Positions 36,071 to 50,224 are shown, counted from the stretch's first letter. The stretch: 64,000 bases of DNA from Leucoraja erinacea (GCF_028641065.1 NC_073408.1:12524001-12588000); one strand, 5' to 3'. Made by a program: numbers and translations. The notes: generated from the letters alone by a model not told the origin.

Positions 36071-38671
36071 ATGTTTAAGTTAGGAGAGGAGGGTTTAAAG
36101 GAGATATGCAAGGAAAGTTTTTTTTATACACAGAGAGTGATCGTGTCTGTAAATCACTGCCTGGGGATAGCAGAATACCATAACAATGAGAGATATTTAG
36201 ACAGGCAGATGAACCGACGGGGAGTGGAGGACTTAGTGCAGACAGATGGAATTAGTTGGAAGATCATGCTCCCATAGACTGTGGGACTAAGGGCCTGTTC
36301 ATGTGCTGTGTTGGGCTCTTCTGTTTTATGTAGGTGCGATTCATATAAAAATCTTTCCCCATGGTAGTGGGTCTAAGACAGGAGAACATATAGGTTTAAG
36401 ATAGGAAGTAAGAGGTTCAGAGGGGATCTAAGGGGGAATATTTAATGCAGAGAGTGGTTAGAATCTGGAATACTTTGGTTCAAAAGATGGTGGTGGCAGA
36501 TACTCTGATGGCATTTATGAAACATCTAGTCAGACACTTGGAAAGGAAAGTAGTCTAATTGTAGTGGTAAGCATGTACAGGGTGGGTCAAAGAGTCTGTT
36601 TCTTTGCTGTACAACTGTATACTGTAACTAAATGACAACAGTGAAGATGAAAATGTCATAGCAGGTAAAAATTAAAAGTTGTACCAGATAGGGACATAAA
36701 AACAATGTGCCACGGAAAACATAAATCACACCAAAAAAACAAAATCAGATGTCACATTTCCCACTGGAAACCACACCACCCAGAAGTGTGCGTAAAAATG
36801 ATCCATTCTGGGTTAAATCAAATTTTCAAGTGCACTGCACTGATTTATTTCTGAAGTTGTGTGAATGAATTCCTCGGCCCTTGTGTTTAAAAACTTTGCA
36901 AGAGGAATTGACCTTGTAAAGTTTCACATAATGTAAATACGTGCAAAGTTTCTGTACATAGTTGGAAAAAAATCTGGCATTTCCAAACACAACCATTTAC
37001 TCACTGGGAGTCCTAGATCCATCAAAGAGGCTACACCGAGTGCTGTGTCCAAAGAACTCTACTTGTCACGAAATTTGGTATAAATCTGCAAGTATTTTGC
37101 TGTTTATATCGAATGTACAGTACGTTTCTCCTGAAGTTCTACTTTACTCTCCTATACTTCCTGAAATACATGCGGCACTCTTTTCTCTTAATCCAAAGTT
37201 TGTCACAAGAAGAAAATGTAAAACAATTAGTTTATCCACTGCCTACAATGAATGTTGAGCTGTTTAAATTTTCCACTCCAGATTAAAAGCGCATCCAACT
37301 CGATAAGAAATACAAAGCTTCCATTAAGGCATTCAAGGTCTGCATAAGCAATTTAGCTCAATTTTAAAGACGGGCTTAATCTTGCGCCACATCTGGTTCT
37401 GGGACATAAAATATTTTATTTTCTTTGGAAGGCAGAAGGAAGTGCTTGGAGCCAAGAGGAGGTCACGTCTCCCTCTCACAAGGCTGCTGGTGGGGACACG
37501 GGGCATTGCACTCCAAGAAAGACTTGCACACTCCATGTATGAAACCACTGTGCTGCAGGCTAAATGATTCACTGCAAATATTTGCTCTGTGAATGTTTTT
37601 TCTTTAGTCTAGGAAAAGGCTGCCACTTGATACAACAATGACAAGAAAAATCCATCTCAGAGTAGCCTGGAAATATGCTTGGTAAATCACAGGCCACAAT
37701 TAAATCTGTGTGGATTTATGTGGCAGACTACACTGGAAACTTCACAAAATTCTACATTTGGATCAGTTCTGACATTACTGTTAAGGCGAGGGTGGTGGGG
37801 CTTTTCAGTCTGTGAGTCGATTTGCTGATAGAATACTTTTATTCATAAGTTTATGAGTTCTAGGAGCATAATTAAGTCATTCAGTCTATCAAGTCCACCA
37901 TTCAATCATGGCTGATCTACTTTCCCCCTCAACCCCATACCCCTGCCTTCAATCATAGGTACACAAAAAAGCTGGAGAAACTCAGCGGGTGCAGCAGCAT
38001 CTATGGAGCGAAGGAAATAGGCAACGTTTAAAGGTACTTCCTTTTATTCTGAGGCTACGGCCTCTGGTCCAGGACTCTCCCACTAGTGGAAATATCCCCC
38101 CTACAGTCACTCCAGGCCTTTCACTATTTGGTAAGTTTCATCGAGGTCCTTCTCCCCTCATCCTTCTAAACTCCAGTGATTCCAGGCCCAGTGCCTTCAA
38201 ACGCTCAGGCATTTACATTGTCTTGCTTTACATTGTACAAATAGTGTTGTTTTCTTTTTTAACATTCTTTCACTGTCTGTCAAATCTATCCCCTTCTTGC
38301 CCTGCAATAGTGACTCCTTCCTTGGTTTTAATTCTATGAGCAATAGGCAATCTCCGTCTGATTCTTTACCTGAGTAGCTACTATTCAGGCAAACCTTAAC
38401 ATAAATTGAGCCTGGTTCTGGTGAGACCCAAATTCCACACATGCGGGGTTTCTATTCATGTTCCACATTGGTCACTTTCCACATTCCCAACAGGAAGAGA
38501 GATCATGACCACATCAACCTTACCAATGCTGGGGACTGAACGGAACAACATCAGGTCAATGATGCCTGCAGAAATTATAGGCATCATCAGCGTTACTCCC
38601 ACTTGTTAGATTCACCAAGACTGAAGTTTTTTTAACCTTGGCTAGAAACTAATAACTATTACTATGTACTG

Positions 38672-39393
38672 TTTAAGAAGGAACTGCAGATGCTGGAAAA
38701 TCGAAGGTAACAAAAATGCTGGAGAAACTCAGCTGGTGAGGCAGCATCTATGGAGCGAAAGGAAATAGGCAACATGACCCTTCTTCAAACTGATGTGAGG
38801 GTGGGGGGGTGGGGTGGCGGGAAGAAGAAAGCAAGTGGCGGAGAGAGTGGGCTGAGGGAGAGCTGAGAAGGGGAGGAGAAAGCAGGGACTACCTGAAATT
38901 AGAGAAGTCAATGTTCATACCGCTGGGGTGCAAACTGCCCAAGTGAAATATCCTCCAATTTACGGCGGTCCTCACTCTGGCCATGGAGGAGGCCCAGGAC
39001 AGAAAGGTCGGATTCGGAATGGGAGGGGGAGTTAAAGTGCTGAGCCACCGGGGAGGTTGGTTATTGCGAAAGTGCTGAGCCCACCAAGTCATGGGAGATC
39101 AGCTGACATCTAGTTGGTTATTGGAGGGAGTGCAGGTGAACCTCTGCCGCACCTGGATAGACTGCTTGGGTCCTTGTTTGACGTAGCAACCTACAAAGGG
39201 AAAGGCAGGAGAGGGGGTGGTTTGGGTAGCTATTGGCCCATGCGCGTGCAGACCATAGCAAATAGTGGAATCACATTGGAGGTGTATATGGAGCAAATGG
39301 GAGGAGTCAAACGAAAAGTTATTAAGGGTAAGGACCAGCTCTGCTAGGCGAAGGAGAGTATCAGTAGATGGGGATTGGTTGGTTCTGCGGTCG
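38672..39393 (-). mobile_element. Penelope-like element 3' part (GIY-YIG remnant plus pLTR)
   Basis: QGPKQSIQVRQRFTCTPSN and IFHLGSLHPSGMNIDFSNFR*, typical vertebrate PLE endonuclease C-terminus, followed by the same pLTR repeat. Confidence 0.8.
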
Positions 39394-39951
39394 ACTATGT
39401 ACTAATGCATTCAGGCATGCTTAGTGTAAAAGCTTCAAGAAATCAACCAATGACACACCCTATAATAAGTAAAAACATATGTTACTGAATCTCCAAGGCA
39501 CGACTTCCGTGCTGCCTTTGTCTCTGTCTCTTCTATCACTGTGACTAGCCACAGGACATTTGAATCAGCACCAATGGTGCATCTAATGTGTAACTGTTTA
39601 GAATCTTTCTTTAAAAAAAAATGTTTTTTTAGCATCCTAGAAAAAAAAAATTCTGGAAACTGAAGAACAATATTATCCATGATAACGTGTCTTTATCACT
39701 GCCTTGCTTGTTGTTTATATTCAGCTAAGACTGATAAACCCAGGGCATTATCATAACCATAATAATCCTTTGTAAGATTAGTAGTGCGTTTAAATCATTG
39801 TATTCAAGTGACATTTCACGGACTGGGCTGGATTATACTCACGGAAGCTGTCCTCCAGTATTTGCTATAAATGGTCTCCACTTCCCTGAGTTCATTCAAG
39901 CTAAATATATAACACTTATTTTCATTTATAAAGTTCTGAATCCCACTAAAG

Positions 39952-40348
39952 ATTGGAAAAACTGACTGTTTTGTCAGCTGGAAAACTACAGGGTGGAGAT
40001 CCAACAGCTGGCAAAGATGTCTGCTAAAACCTCATGGGTGTGGTCATGTCAATCCATTGCATTGCTCAAAGCCTGTGGGGAGAAAGCAGGAGAATGGAGT
40101 TAGGAGGGAAAGATAGTTCAGCTATGATTGAATGGCGGAATAGACTTGATGGGCCTAATGGGCCTAATTCTAGAACTTATGAACTAAATCTTGTTTGACC
40201 ATATGGTCCCAGAGTCGAACAACAAAGGCATTGAGCAATGCGATAGATTGACGTGACTGCACCCATGAAGTTCTACTAGATGACCTAGCCGGCTGTTGGA
40301 TCTCCACCCTGTAGTTTGCCAGCTGACAAAACAGTCAGTTTTTCCAAT
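39952..40348. repeat. Inverted repeat with about 123-bp arms, split by a CR1 tail
   Basis: 39952-40074 attggaaaaactgactgttttgtcagctgg...gctcaaagcct mirrors 40226-40348 aggcattgagc...ccagctgacaaaacagtcagtttttccaat. Confidence 0.85.
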
Positions 40349-40889
40349 ATTTGATGACAAATGAAAATAAGTATTACATATTATAAATGCCTTCAGTTGT
40401 GTATATTTGTACAATTTTAAAGTAATTCAAAAAAAACAATAAATATTTTTTTAACTAACTTCCCATATGAAGAAGAGTTGCATCCCAAAATGCCACCCAT
40501 CCTTTTTATCCAGACATGCTGCCTGGCTCGCTGAGTTACTCCAGCACTTTTGTCTATCTTTTCCCATATTCCTCCACTTTCTATTCTAATGCAGAATCTG
40601 AGAGCATAATCCCCAGATACAATGGAAGGAAATTGCATAAATCATCTTCTATTTATACGAGACCCCGGGGAGAACATCGTACAGAGATACAAACAGTAGA
40701 GATGCTGTCTCATGGGTCCAGGGACCCAGGTGTGTTGTGCACCTTTTTTGCACCTTTTCCCTGGGTTTCCTTTGGGTGTTCTGGTTTCCTTCCCCCAACC
40801 CTAAAGCGTGTGGGTTGGTAGGTTAATTGGCCATTGTAAACCGCTCCATGAATGTAGGTGGGGTGGAATCCTGGGTGAATTACTGTCTG

Positions 40890-41055
40890 TGTAGATAGAC
40901 ACAAAATACTGGAGTAACTTGGTGGGACAGGCAGCATCTCTGGAGAGAAGGGATGGGTGACGTTTTGGGTCCCACTGCCTGTCCCGCTGAGTTACTCCAG
41001 CATTTTGTCTCTATCTTTGATTTAAACCAGCATCTGCAGTTCCTTCCTTCACATA
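40890..41055. mobile_element. Penelope-derived foldback with central deletion
   Basis: agatagacacaaaatactggagtaact...gggacaggcag / ctgcctgtcccgctgagttactccagcattttg. Confidence 0.7.
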
Positions 41056-41523
41056 GGTTATATGTAGAGCAAATGGGTTGCAAATAAAATTAGTGGCAGA
41101 AAAGGATTGCTCTGAATAGCCTCCTCTGTTGTAAGAAAGTGTGGAAATGCAACAAGGACAGGGTCGATGGAGCTCAGTTGTTATGTTTGCCACTGCCTCC
41201 ATTTACCTGCAAACTCTATGCCATCAACAGTCTCCTGAATACTTGGCAAAGTGAAATCCAAACAGTAAAATCACAACTTCAGACATATCTCAACAAATCC
41301 CAACTTGCACAAGACTTCTGACATGTTCAAGAAAAACAGCTTGGTTTTGCCATGTATCAACTTAACTTTGTATCTCTGAAACAAAAGTTTAATCATTTTT
41401 AAATGTATGCTGCGCAAAATCTCTTAATTCAAGTTATTAAATAATTCATTTCATTTAATAATACATCATTCATAAACTGTACGACACATCTTTTGAGATC
41501 TGGGCTTCAATTCACTTTTCTAT

Positions 41524-41843
41524 GTCCAGAACAAGGGGTCATAGTTTAAGGATAAGGGGGAAATCTTTTAGGACCGAGATGAGGAAAACTTTTTTCACAC
41601 AGAGAGTGGTGAATCTCTGGAATTCTCTGCCGCAGAAGGTAGTTGAGACCCAGTTCATTGGCTATATTTAAGAGGGAATTAGATGTGGCCATTGTGGCTA
41701 AAGGGATCAGGGGGTATGGAGAGAAGGCAGGAACAGGATACTGAGTTGGATGATCAGCCATGATCATATTGAATGGTGGTGCAGGCTCGAAGGGCCGAAT
41801 GGCCTACTCCTGCACCTATTTTCTATGTTTCTATGTTTCTATG
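41524..41843 (+). mobile_element. Young CR1 3' end with (tttctatg)n tail
   Basis: Nearly identical to 52922-53228. Confidence 0.85.
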
Positions 41844-44559
41844 AGGTGTTTGTGAATGAATTTAATAATATTTATTGATTCCCAATGAATTAACTTTCTA
41901 ACTATAGATCACATCAGCTTTTGTGAACTAGAAATAATGATAACCCAGCTCTTGATCACATTCATTGTTGACACGATCTTGCAGATAGATGTTCTCCAAA
42001 AGTGTGACATCATTTCCACGTGATACCCCAAGGGAAATTAATAATGGAAAACAAGGAGATGGAAGATGATTCTACTAATATCCAAACATTTATTATCTCT
42101 TTTGCATAAACTCAATGACTGAGTTTCCACAGTTTCTGGAGTAGAGGATGCCAAAAGATTGCATTGTGTCAGTGAAGAAATATCATAATTCTACATGACT
42201 TATGTCTCCTCCCATCCTAAAAATTAGCATATGGAATCTTCACCACGCACCTTCGATGGCAAGGGAGAAGACCAACACTGTACACAGACCCGCAGACGTA
42301 GTTGCACCAAATTCTCACATCCTCTGGTAATAAAGACCAACATACCATTCGCCTTCCCATCTTTTCAGTGCATGGTGTACAAAAAAGGGATCTACAAAAG
42401 GCAACCAGCATAATCAGACCACCCTGGCCACAATCATTTCTCTCCTGCCATCTCGAAAAAGGTATAGGAGCCTGATCCCCATCTGTAAAATGGGCATTTT
42501 TTTCCACACTAAAGGCACATCAAGGGTGCAACCTAAAAGAGCAAATAAAATCAGTATAATACTGCTTTACATTATATTTTGAATTATCCTAATGTCAACA
42601 ATAACCAAATCCTTTATGTTTACTTCAAACTATTTCAGTGTGAGCTTTCAATGACACTATCATGGCATTTCAGTTCCATACAGCTCCTCCGGTGATTCAG
42701 AAGAACAATGCAACATCCAAAAGACAACAGTCTAGAAATAATTCTGGTTCACGTTGAAGCAAAGATGGTTTCTTCAATATTTTACCACCCCACTTTAATA
42801 GTGTGTGAATGTTGGCTTCCAAGTCAAAGAAGTTCCCAATATATTTTGCTACTTGAGTTGCAATACAAAATAGATTAATTCTTTAAAAAAAAACAACAGT
42901 ATTCAACCAGAGTGTGCTGATGCCTCTATCATCTTCCCCAAGTATTTACCAATAGCATCTCAAAACTATTTACGAGGATACTTGTTTCAGCATTTACATT
43001 GTTCCTGTATACTTGAAGCAGTTACAGGTAGAAGACAGAGGTTTAATGAATCTATGTCATTAAAAGACAGATTTAACCTGAGATAATCTTTCTGCTGATG
43101 TTCCTTGGAGTCTTTTTTGACAGCGACAGAGAGGTTGACTCCTCATTTGAAAGAAGATGGTCCAAAACATAATTTTAAAATGTTGGCATTACAAATTAAA
43201 TTCTTAAACTCAAATGGAGCTGTCAAACAAACCTATCTGGAGGCAATACTCTTGGGATGCAAGTAATTGATCTGAATGGCTCTGCTCCTCTCGTCCTCTC
43301 GTGGAGCATGTCACATTGCTGAGATGGTTTTTTAAGGGATTTTCTTATATTAAAGAAACCCAAAGAATTTCCATGTAGACTTTGTATTTGTCCCCTACAT
43401 GCTGTGGCAGAAAGAATACATTGTAACCCGAGAGATTATGTTTAGTTATTGAAATCCTGTGACCGTTGATTGCTGCTTAACTGGGGGGGGGAAGTGACAT
43501 GATTGAGAAAGTAAATTGAACGTTCAACAGCAAAAACGGAATTCCCAATGGGCCAGCTGCTGAATATGAAAGAAAATATTGTCTTATTAAAACGCATGTT
43601 GGCTCAAAGTCTTTATAAGAAGAATCAAAATACAGAATAACATTACAACCCAAGAACAATTATAATGCAGAGAGATTAGTGAATTTTGCCCACTACCTAT
43701 ATGCTAAGTACTGGTTACTATTTTATTTATTTAATCAGCATTTTCACATATGGGGTCTGGAGTGAAATATTTAATGTTTTAATCAATTTTATTGACACAT
43801 CTGTCAAAACATGATGCTGATGTGTCACTAAATACATATATATCTTTGGGAGAAAAATGGAAGTTCACTGCGTTGGTCTTTATGTGTCACATAAACTGTT
43901 GAGACTAAAACAATATGAACACTTGAATCAAAGCAGTTACTGTCTGGAGGGATTGGGCTAGAGACAAAAGCACAGACAGTGGAATATGTCGTAAGCAGCA
44001 TAATGCCAGGCATCTGAGTAAAAGCATTACTTCAGCAAAAGGTTCAGTTAAAGTTTAATTACTATGTTAAAACAGCTTATTTTCTTTCAAACCAGGCTTG
44101 CTACCTTGTGTAATTAGATTTAGAACACATAAAAATACACGATTTGCTGGGGTTCAAGACTGAATATAACCTCACTGACGCCAGCCTGTTTATGGTGGAG
44201 TAGATGAATATACAGAGCACTCAAAAAGACAGTGCATTATGATTTTTATCTTGCAAATCCGCAGGCCTGTTAATTCACTCACCATTTTAATTGAAATATA
44301 AATCATATCTCGCAGGATTACATTAAGTAGGAAGACACTGCACATGCGCAAGCAATTGACTTCACTCTTGTGACTGTTTATGAATAGCATATTTATGATG
44401 GAGAACATAGAACATGTTCTATAGAACATAGAATATTTTTTATTTCTATGTTCGATATCATAGGTTAAAAATGAAATCTTATAAACAGAAATGTAATTAA
44501 TGAAGGAGGTTTGAATGTGGCTTCCACAAGGTTGGGAGGAGTATGAATGTCAATCTGGC

Positions 44560-45820
44560 ATCAGAAAAGCTTGTTGTTGTGTGCTATCCAGTCAGTAACA
44601 CGACTATACATGATTACAATCAAGCCGTCCACAGTGTACAGATACAGGATAAGGGTCACTGTCTAGTGCAAGATAAAGACCAATCGAGGCTGATTAAAGA
44701 TAGTTCAAAGGTCTCCAATGGGGTAGATGGGAGGTCATGACCACCTTCTAGCGCAGGTGTTCCCATCCTTTTTCGTCACGTTTACCCCAGCCAACTTTAA
44801 TAGCATGTAACAATATTGTTTCACTTATTTATGAACAACTAATGATGAACAGATACCTGCATACCAGAACCAAACACAGTCAGTCAATGAGAAAAAATAA
44901 GTAGAAATCCAGAATCAACAAATTTACTCCCTGAGTAGGTGAAATTTACCCCAGGTTGGGAACCCTTGCACTAGCGGATGAGAGGACCAGCCAGTTGCTT
45001 GATAACAGATGGCAAGAAACTGTCGCTGAATCTGGACGTATACATTTTCAAACCTCTGCACCTCTTGCCTGAAGACGAGAAGGCGAGAAGAGAGAGTGAC
45101 TGGGGTGAGACTGGCCCTTGATTATGCTGGTGGCCTCACCTAAGAGTAGATTAAGTTAATGTAAGGGAGGTTGGTTTGCACGGTGGTCTGGGCTGCATCC
45201 ACAACTCTCTGCAATTTCTTGCTGCCTTGGATAGAGCTGTTCCCAAACCATGCTGCGATGCATCCCGATAAAATGCTTTCTACGATGTATCTGTGGAAGT
45301 TGGTGAGGGTTGTTGGGGACATGACGAACTTCCTAAGCCTTTTAAGGAAGTTGTGGCCTTGGTGTGCTTTCTTGGCCATTGCTTCGATGTAGCTGGTCCA
45401 GGACAAATTGCTGGCGATATTTATTCCTAAGAACTTGAAGCTTTCAACCATCTCTACTTTGGTGGCATCAATGAATACTGGTGTATGTATACCACCACTT
45501 CACTTCCTGAAGTCAATCACAATCTCCTTTGTCTTGATGACATGGAGCGAGAGGTTGTTGTCCTTAGCACCAGGTTGTGAGGTTCTCAATTTTCCTTCCT
45601 TTATTCTGTTTTGTCATTATTTGATATCCAACCCTCTACGTTGTTGTTGTCCGCGAATTTATGAATTGAGTTGGACTGGTATTTGGCTGCACCGTCATGA
45701 GTATAGTTGGGGGCTGATAATGCATCCTTGCACCAGTGTTGAAGAATATCATAGAGGATGATTTGTCACCTATTCTCACTGATTGTGGTCGTCAGGAAGT
45801 TGAGGATCCAGTTGCAGATT
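44560..45820 (-). mobile_element. Rex1/Babar-clade LINE 3' part
   Basis: VESFKFLGINIASNLSWTSYIEAMAKKAHQ...LKRLRKF.MSPTTLTNF...VESILSGCIAAWFGN...KKLQRVVDAAQ (45140-45451), followed by 3' UTR. Confidence 0.88.
44754..44968. mobile_element. hAT (Charlie-type) MITE nested in Rex1
   Basis: TIRs caggtgttcccatcc / ggttgggaacccttg; 8-bp flanks ttctagcg / cactagcg (6 of 8 identical). Confidence 0.7.
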
Positions 45821-47667
45821 TAGAGAATATGCATTTTAGAAGATGCAGTCATCATGTGGTCTCTTAGTAAGCATGAGTTAGGAAATCAGACGCAATCAGT
45901 ACACCCCATCTCCATTACTGCATACATGGTCATCAGTTATAGAACCTCACAAATCATCTCAACTTATGATTTTTCCAGCATCTGCAGTTCTTTCTTAAAC
46001 ATTTTGTCTACTCCACTGTGAAATCTCCTCAAGGTATGTCTACTTTGAAGAAGTTCTTCTCCTCTCTCCAAAGACAGTTTAGCAACCTCCTCTGCCTATT
46101 CCTTCTCTCCATAGATGCTGTCTCACCCGCTGAGTTCCTCCAGCATTTTTATCTACATTCAACTTATGAATACTTTCTTTAAAGAATTTTAGAAGGAAGA
46201 TTTTTTTTGCTTGAATGTTATTCAACTTTGCCCAAGAAATCCTATTACATTTGCAAAAACATGCAAGGTCCTGCAAAATTGAATTTATTCTAAAGTCAAT
46301 CATTAAATACAGTTTGGTAGGTCATGCAGTTATAATGCATCCCAGAAAATTATGTGAGGGGCCCTCCATGTGTATAAAATGCTTGGCGAAACTGCACACA
46401 TGCACACAAACAAGCAATTGGCACCACTCTTGTGACATTATTTATGAATAGCACACAGGGTTGAGGGTCTACGCTGGTTATATTCAAAAGACCCACTGTT
46501 AACTTTCCCAACATTTTTCAGTTGGCCTGAACAGGGATACCTATATATAAACATAATATAAACACAAGGTCAACCATCGAACAACCCCAAGCACAACGAT
46601 TCCTGCTTAAGCTGCCCATCTCCAATGGCATGGTGTCCAGAAGAGCAACAAGATATGGGAGTCATACTTACTGAGAGCCAGTCAGACCCAAAAGTGACAT
46701 CAATGTCATTTGAAGAGCTGGAGTCACAGTCGGACCAGACAGCAAAGTTTGCAGTGAAATCCAGACCTTTCCTGTTAACACCAGTTTTATGTATTGAGAA
46801 TCTATCAGGTACAATGCAAAGCATTGAAGTCAAGTGGGGTAAAATGTTGTTGCTCAGTCTAGATGGATCTCCTATCAGTGCAACTTTAAAGCATGTTTTA
46901 TTATGTATACGTATTTCTAGTCCTTTATCTTTTATGATAGGAGATTATAGGTAACTTTCAAACTGAGTGACAAAGGGATAATGTCAGCTTAAAAGGAGGT
47001 TAAGGTCTGAATGGGATTTATGTTTCAGCTTCTGCAACCTGGTAAGAACTTCCAAACCAGACAGCTGAGAGAGAGAGAGGCACCAGCTTTCAAGAGTGCA
47101 CTACAGTACAATGTTCTCATCTCTGTCAGTTCACATTAATTTCTGTCTGATGTGGCTTTCATGTTTGAGTTTATTTATGTTAATACAGTTACAAATGAGT
47201 CGAGCACATTATCATCAATTTTCTTTTGACTAAATAGACGATCAACGCAGAAACACAAAGACAGATGCTACATATGCACACAATCTAGCCAGACATTGTG
47301 TATTGCAGCTAGATACATTTCAAACAATATGATCACACTACACCACTGTTCAAGTTCACCACTGACTACATTGGAGAAGGGACACAGGAGTTAAACCACA
47401 TCATCGCAAGTAGAATTAGTGTGACGTATATTATTGCAATGACTAGTGCAGAAATCATTACATCTGGAAAGAAGAAAAGCATGGAAAACTATTTCACAGA
47501 TAGATGTTGGAACAGAAATAGTGTTGTATCATGAAGATGGAAGGAAATTCATCACAGAAAATACCCTTCTTTCCAAATGTCTTTGACGCACGATATGTAG
47601 TCAACATATTGTGGAGCCATTCTCGGTTAAGTATTACGTGATTTCCACTGAGTATTAAGTTCAAAAT

Positions 47668-47738
47668 CCCCCCTCCCCCCCCTTCCCTCCCCCCCCCCCC
47701 CTCCACCCCCCCACCCCCCCTCCCCCCCCCCACACCCC

Positions 47739-47771
<33 letters not shown>

Positions 47772-47800
47772 ATTTTCCCACACCCTTCCCCTCTCCCAAA
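47668..47800. repeat. Poly-C low-complexity tract
   Basis: About 100 nt of almost pure C runs. Confidence 0.9.
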
Positions 47801-48487
47801 CACCACTTAAATTTGTTGCACATAATCTAGGCAGATTTTGCAGGGCAGACGAACAATACATTCGATGCAGTTAATCCAAGGTCCTGAAAAAACATTTATA
47901 GAGCAGGAGTTTCTGCCAAAAGTTCTAGTCAACACTTATCCCTTAGTCAAACATACTGTGGTCATTTTTCTTGTTGCTATTTGTGCCATATTTGTGTGTG
48001 CGGCAAGGAGAATTTCACAATAGTCACATTTCAAAGGCATTGAATTAGCTGTGGAATGGCTTGAGTTATTTAGAGATTGCGAAAATGATTAAATAAATAT
48101 ATATAACTTTATTGCTCAAAGCCACCATCTGTGTTCTTAACAGTCATTTGCCTGGAAATTAGTCCCATATGGTGTGGCATCAACTTGTTGCATTTATCAC
48201 AGGACTTCATTCTAGAAGGTAGAGGACTCTGTGTTGACATGACTACACAGCATATGTCTGATGTTACCCAGTGAGCATGAATTTTTTGAACACACAAAGT
48301 AGGGGCAGGAGAGGGCGTCTTGGCCCCTCGAGCCGACTCTGCCATTCAAAATGATCATGGCTGATCTATACTGGCCTCAAATTCTCTTTTGTGCCAATTC
48401 TCCATGACCCCTAATTCCTTAATCTTTCAAATATTTAACTATTTCCACATTTAATATATCCAATGATCTGGCCTGCACTACACTCAG

Positions 48488-48960
48488 GAGATGCAGAGAA
48501 TTGTGGACGCAGCCCAGACCATCACACAAACCAACCTCCCTTCCATTTATTCCATTTATACCTCACACTGTCTCGGCAAGGCCACCAGCATTATCAAGGA
48601 TGAGCCACACGCCCTGGGCATTCCCTCTTCACCTCTCCCATCGGGCAAAAGGTATAGAAGTGTGAAAACGCATACGTCCAGATTCTGGGGGAGTTTATTC
48701 CCAGCTGTTATTAGGCAACTGAACCATCTTACCACAACTAGAGAGCAGTCCTGAACTACTATCTACCTCATTGGAGACCCTCGGACTATCCTTGACCTGT
48801 CTTTACTGGCTTTATCTTGCACGAAACATTATTCACATTATTCTCTTCATCAAGTATCTGCACAGTGAATGGCTTGATTGTAATCATGTATTGTCTGTTA
48901 GCACATAACAAAAGCTTTTCACTGTAGCTCGGTACAATAAAATAAACTAAACTAAACTAG
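48488..48960 (+). mobile_element. Rex1/Babar LINE 3' end
   Basis: QRIVDAAQTITQTNLPSIYSIYTSHCLGKATSIIKD...PLPSGKRYRSVKTHTSRF..SLFPAVIRQLN, tail aataaa(ctaaa)n. Confidence 0.85.
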
Positions 48961-50043
48961 CAAATTCCAAAGAATCACTAGGCACACGATGGCTGGCATT
49001 TACTTTGGGATAATTAAAGGACAATACATCCAAGAGATTCTCAATTAGCGTTTAGCAATAGGAGAAAAGATAAGCTGGGAAATAGGAAATAATAGGGCAG
49101 TCAGTTAAATTTTTAACGGTCTTAGCCAAGAGAGGGTACTGAGTGTGTTCTTCACCTGTGGCTGGATAGTAGCGTACGGTCTTTATGAATACAAAACATT
49201 CTGTGCTTTGGATGAACACACCAGCAACTTGCATATGGTCAATGGTTTCTTTATTGTCACATGTACCAGGTACAGTGAAAAACATTCTCCGCAAGACTAT
49301 CCCCATCCATAACGACTCTCGCCCCAGTTAGTATAGTATGGAACGGCCCACCAAGCCCATATTTTGTATATCCACACTAATGTTCACTGTAAAACAACTA
49401 TTTTTAAAATAGTATTTCTATGGAATGGAAATGCAATATGCCAATAGCAGTGATATTCTACAAGAGAATATAGGAAAATCCATATTAGTCTTCCTTGACA
49501 ACACCTCGATTGGAAACTTGTGCGAATATTGCAGATAAGGTAGATATATAGCCTCCAATCCCCAGTGAAGAAAGTGGATATTTACCATGCTGAACATGAG
49601 TCCACATTTATGTAATCTTCAAATTAAAAATGTATTATCATGCTAGAAGGAGCACTCTTTCCAAATTAGCATGTCCCCATCACCTGCATTCCTCAGGAAG
49701 TTGAAGTGTGCATCACTGAGTCTGCCAACACATCCCAGAGTTACTGGCACATTTATTCTGCTAAACTGCTACCACAGAAAGAAACATTGCATCCTTGGGA
49801 GTCTGTTTGGTCAGGTTGAAAATATCACTGCTATTGGCAACACATCCAGTCACGCTGGTCTGTCCCTGAGAATATCTAGCATAATGTCTTCAAATAAATT
49901 ACACCCCATGGTCTCCTAGCAATGATATACTGTTTGGTTGGAACAGTTAACAGCAACATATATTCATGTCAGCATGTTGTATTATACTCCATAAATTTAT
50001 TCTGTCCACTTTAATGCTTCCAACCAAAGATGATTTTCTAGGC

Positions 50044-50160
50044 GGAGGTAGACATAAAATGCTGGAGTATCCCAGTGGGTCAGGCAACATCTCTAGAGAA
50101 AATGAATAGGTGACATTTTGGGCCGGAACTCTTCTTCAGACAATTCCTTCAGACAAAACC
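50044..50160 (-). mobile_element. Penelope-derived short insert with 14-bp TSD
   Basis: atgattttctaggc at 50030-50043 and 50161-50174. Confidence 0.75.
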
Positions 50161-50224
50161 ATGATTTTCTAGGCATAGTTATTATTTAAAAATCAAAAGG
50201 GCTTCAATAGAATGTAACTTATTT

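Noticed and set aside
37333-37572. Possible CLMP exon 1
   Set aside because: No hydrophobic signal sequence and no good phase-1 donor.
47494-47861. Gly-rich ORFs
   Set aside because: Translation of the poly-C tract.
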